Shown here: positions 62,619-64,000 of the stretch, piece after piece
Layout: each line of letters opens with the position of its first letter
How positions within the stretch are numbered: the stretch's first letter is position 1
From: an uncultured Hyphomicrobiaceae bacterium
GTDB lineage: Bacteria > Pseudomonadota > Alphaproteobacteria > Rhizobiales > CALHAX01
Assembly: GCA_937931785.1 (NCBI GenBank)
Contig: CALHAX010000105.1
Span: 30,701-94,700, forward strand
DNA length: 64,000 nucleotides
Direction: 5' to 3'
Notes under the pieces: generated by a model
What the model was told of the DNA's origin: nothing
Databases searched by the model: none
The model's input: the letters and a program-made list of their open reading frames with translations, nothing else
Program-made: the position numbers and the translations under genes

Positions 62619-63746
62619 ATGAATTTCCAATTCTTCGTTCGAAGCATGCTCCTGGCGATGATCCTGTCGATCTTGCCCACAGGGTTTGTCCTGGCCCAGA
62701 AAAGTAGCGCCCACAAGATCGTAGTTCGCGTGAACGGCGCACCGATCACTGACCTTGATATCAAACAACGCACCAATCTCATTATGATGAGTGCGCCGGA
62801 TATTCAAAAGCAAGTGCGTGCCCGCGCGCAACGCCAATTCAAAGCCAAGGACATCAACGAGCGCTTTCGAGCCTATATGATCGCGAACAAACCGAAGTCC
62901 CGTGATGAAGCCAAACGCCTGCAAAAGCGTTTCAGTCAGCGTATTTTTGAGCGCGCCAGATCATCCGTACGTGGTGGTTTGCGCAAGCGCGCATTGTCGG
63001 AATTGATTGACGACCGTCTTAAGGTTCAGGAAGCACGGAAACGCGGAGTGTTGATCGGAAAGCAGGAAACGACCGACATTCTCAATAAGATGGCGAAAAA
63101 CAATAAGATGACCCGCGCACAGTTCGATAAATTTCTTCGCAGGCAAGGTATTCATCCAAGGTCGTTGATGTCGCAAATGCAGGCTCGCGTGTCCTGGCAA
63201 CGCGTTGCCGGTTCACGGCTGCGACGTCAGGTAACTGTGCGATCCACAGATATCGATCAGGCTGTGGCAGGTGATCCGGCAGCTGAGCGTGGCAAGGCCA
63301 CAGAGTTCGATCTTGGCGTGATCAGCTTCCGTTCTGAAAAAGCTTTCGATACAGCGCAATACGAACAGGCGCTGGCAGCACGATCGCGCTTCCGTGGTTG
63401 CAACGGTCTTGAGAAACTGGCCAAAGGGGTGAAAGGCGCACGCTACCAGAAGCTTGGCAAGACGCGCGCCGGAGCACTGCCTGACAATGCCCGCCCCCTC
63501 CTCCTTGCGACACCTGTCGGAAAGATGGCTCCACCTGTTTACACACCAACCGGCGTCTCACTCTACGCCGTTTGCAATCGCAAGGAAGTCACCAACGACG
63601 ATAGTCTGCGTCAGAAGGCGAAACAACAATTGCAGAACAAGCAGATCGGCACACTTGCAAAACGTCTTCTGAAAGACCTGTGTCAGGAAGCCTATATCGA
63701 ACCACCCGTAACGCGCGGATCGAAGGCCCGTTGTGGGGAAAGCTGA
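62619..63746 (+). CDS. surA: SurA-like periplasmic chaperone (SurA N-terminal domain, degenerate parvulin domain)
   Basis: Signal peptide MNFQFFVRSMLLAMILSILPTGFVLAQ and VVRVNGAPITDLDI. It sits in the lptD-surA-pdxA context. Confidence 0.8.
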   Translation: MNFQFFVRSMLLAMILSILPTGFVLAQKSSAHKIVVRVNGAPITDLDIKQRTNLIMMSAPDIQKQVRARAQRQFKAKDINERFRAYMIANKPKSRDEAKRLQKRFSQRIFERARSSVRGGLRKRALSELIDDRLKVQEARKRGVLIGKQETTDILNKMAKNNKMTRAQFDKFLRRQGIHPRSLMSQMQARVSWQRVAGSRLRRQVTVRSTDIDQAVAGDPAAERGKATEFDLGVISFRSEKAFDTAQYEQALAARSRFRGCNGLEKLAKGVKGARYQKLGKTRAGALPDNARPLLLATPVGKMAPPVYTPTGVSLYAVCNRKEVTNDDSLRQKAKQQLQNKQIGTLAKRLLKDLCQEAYIEPPVTRGSKARCGES

Positions 63747-64000
63747 TCGTCAGACGGAACACTCTCCCCTTCCCTTGGCACTCACGATGGGCGACCCGGC
63801 AGGGATCGGTCTCGACATCACGCTTGCGGCATATCAGGGGCGAGAATCAAACGCCGCACCGCCATTCTACATCCATGCGGATCCAGCCCTGCTTACCCGC
63901 CGGGCAGCACAGATTGGAATTGAACTCTCTCTACAAATCATCGACCATTCAGGACGTACCGCCAATATGTTTGCCGATCAGGTGACTGAGGCGTTTACAT
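63733..64000 (+). CDS. pdxA: 4-hydroxythreonine-4-phosphate dehydrogenase PdxA, N-terminal part; continues past the window end
   Basis: My own translation of frame 1 gives PLALTMGDPAGIGLDITLAAY, the PdxA N-terminal signature. It is absent from the ORF track because the frame is open at the window end. The GTG at 63733 overlapping the surA stop is a guess. Confidence 0.85.
   Translation, partial: MGKADRQTEHSPLPLALTMGDPAGIGLDITLAAYQGRESNAAPPFYIHADPALLTRRAAQIGIELSLQIIDHSGRTANMFADQVTEAFT

Overview
This window reads as a largely conserved core chromosomal segment of a moderately GC-rich alphaproteobacterium of the Rhizobiales/Hyphomicrobiales type. Nearly every long ORF is recognisable and the gene order follows well-known alphaproteobacterial synteny blocks. 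These are lpxD-fabZ-lpxA-lpxI-lpxB; gltA/gltX/comEC/lexA; pheA; eno-ftsB-pdhA-pdhB-pdhC-lpd-lipA; ispDF; dusB-ntrBC-ntrYX-trkAH-hfq-hflX; mazG; and pepA/lptF-lptG-lptD-surA-pdxA. Many gene junctions overlap by 1-4 nt, which suggests translational coupling: fabZ/lpxA, sucC-like/sucD-like, dusB/ntrB, ntrB/ntrC, lptF/lptG and yhhQ/queF. I found no rRNA, CRISPR array, transposase, integrase, prophage or recognisable defence genes. I found no convincing multi-gene system of a wholly unknown kind. The least conventional parts are listed below.
- A five-gene module at 10.9-16.7 kb: CoA-acylating aldehyde dehydrogenase, a non-housekeeping SucCD-like ADP-forming CoA ligase, an FMN-dependent 2-hydroxy-acid dehydrogenase and a divergent Pta/Ptb-like acyltransferase. 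The gene order suggests an ATP-conserving 2-hydroxy-aldehyde oxidation route.
- A gene-poor 0.5 kb locus at 20.0-20.6 kb next to tRNA-Arg, with a 26-bp tandem repeat, a perfect TGTGA-N6-TCACA palindrome, a CA-rich candidate sRNA ending in a strong terminator, and a tiny secreted-peptide gene.
- A structured interspersed intergenic repeat of about 80-95 bp, present twice.
- A perfect alphaproteobacterial SOS box in the gltX/comEC divergent promoter.
Start codons were chosen by eye from the RBS and conserved N-termini and may be off. All family assignments rest on motif recognition, not on searches.
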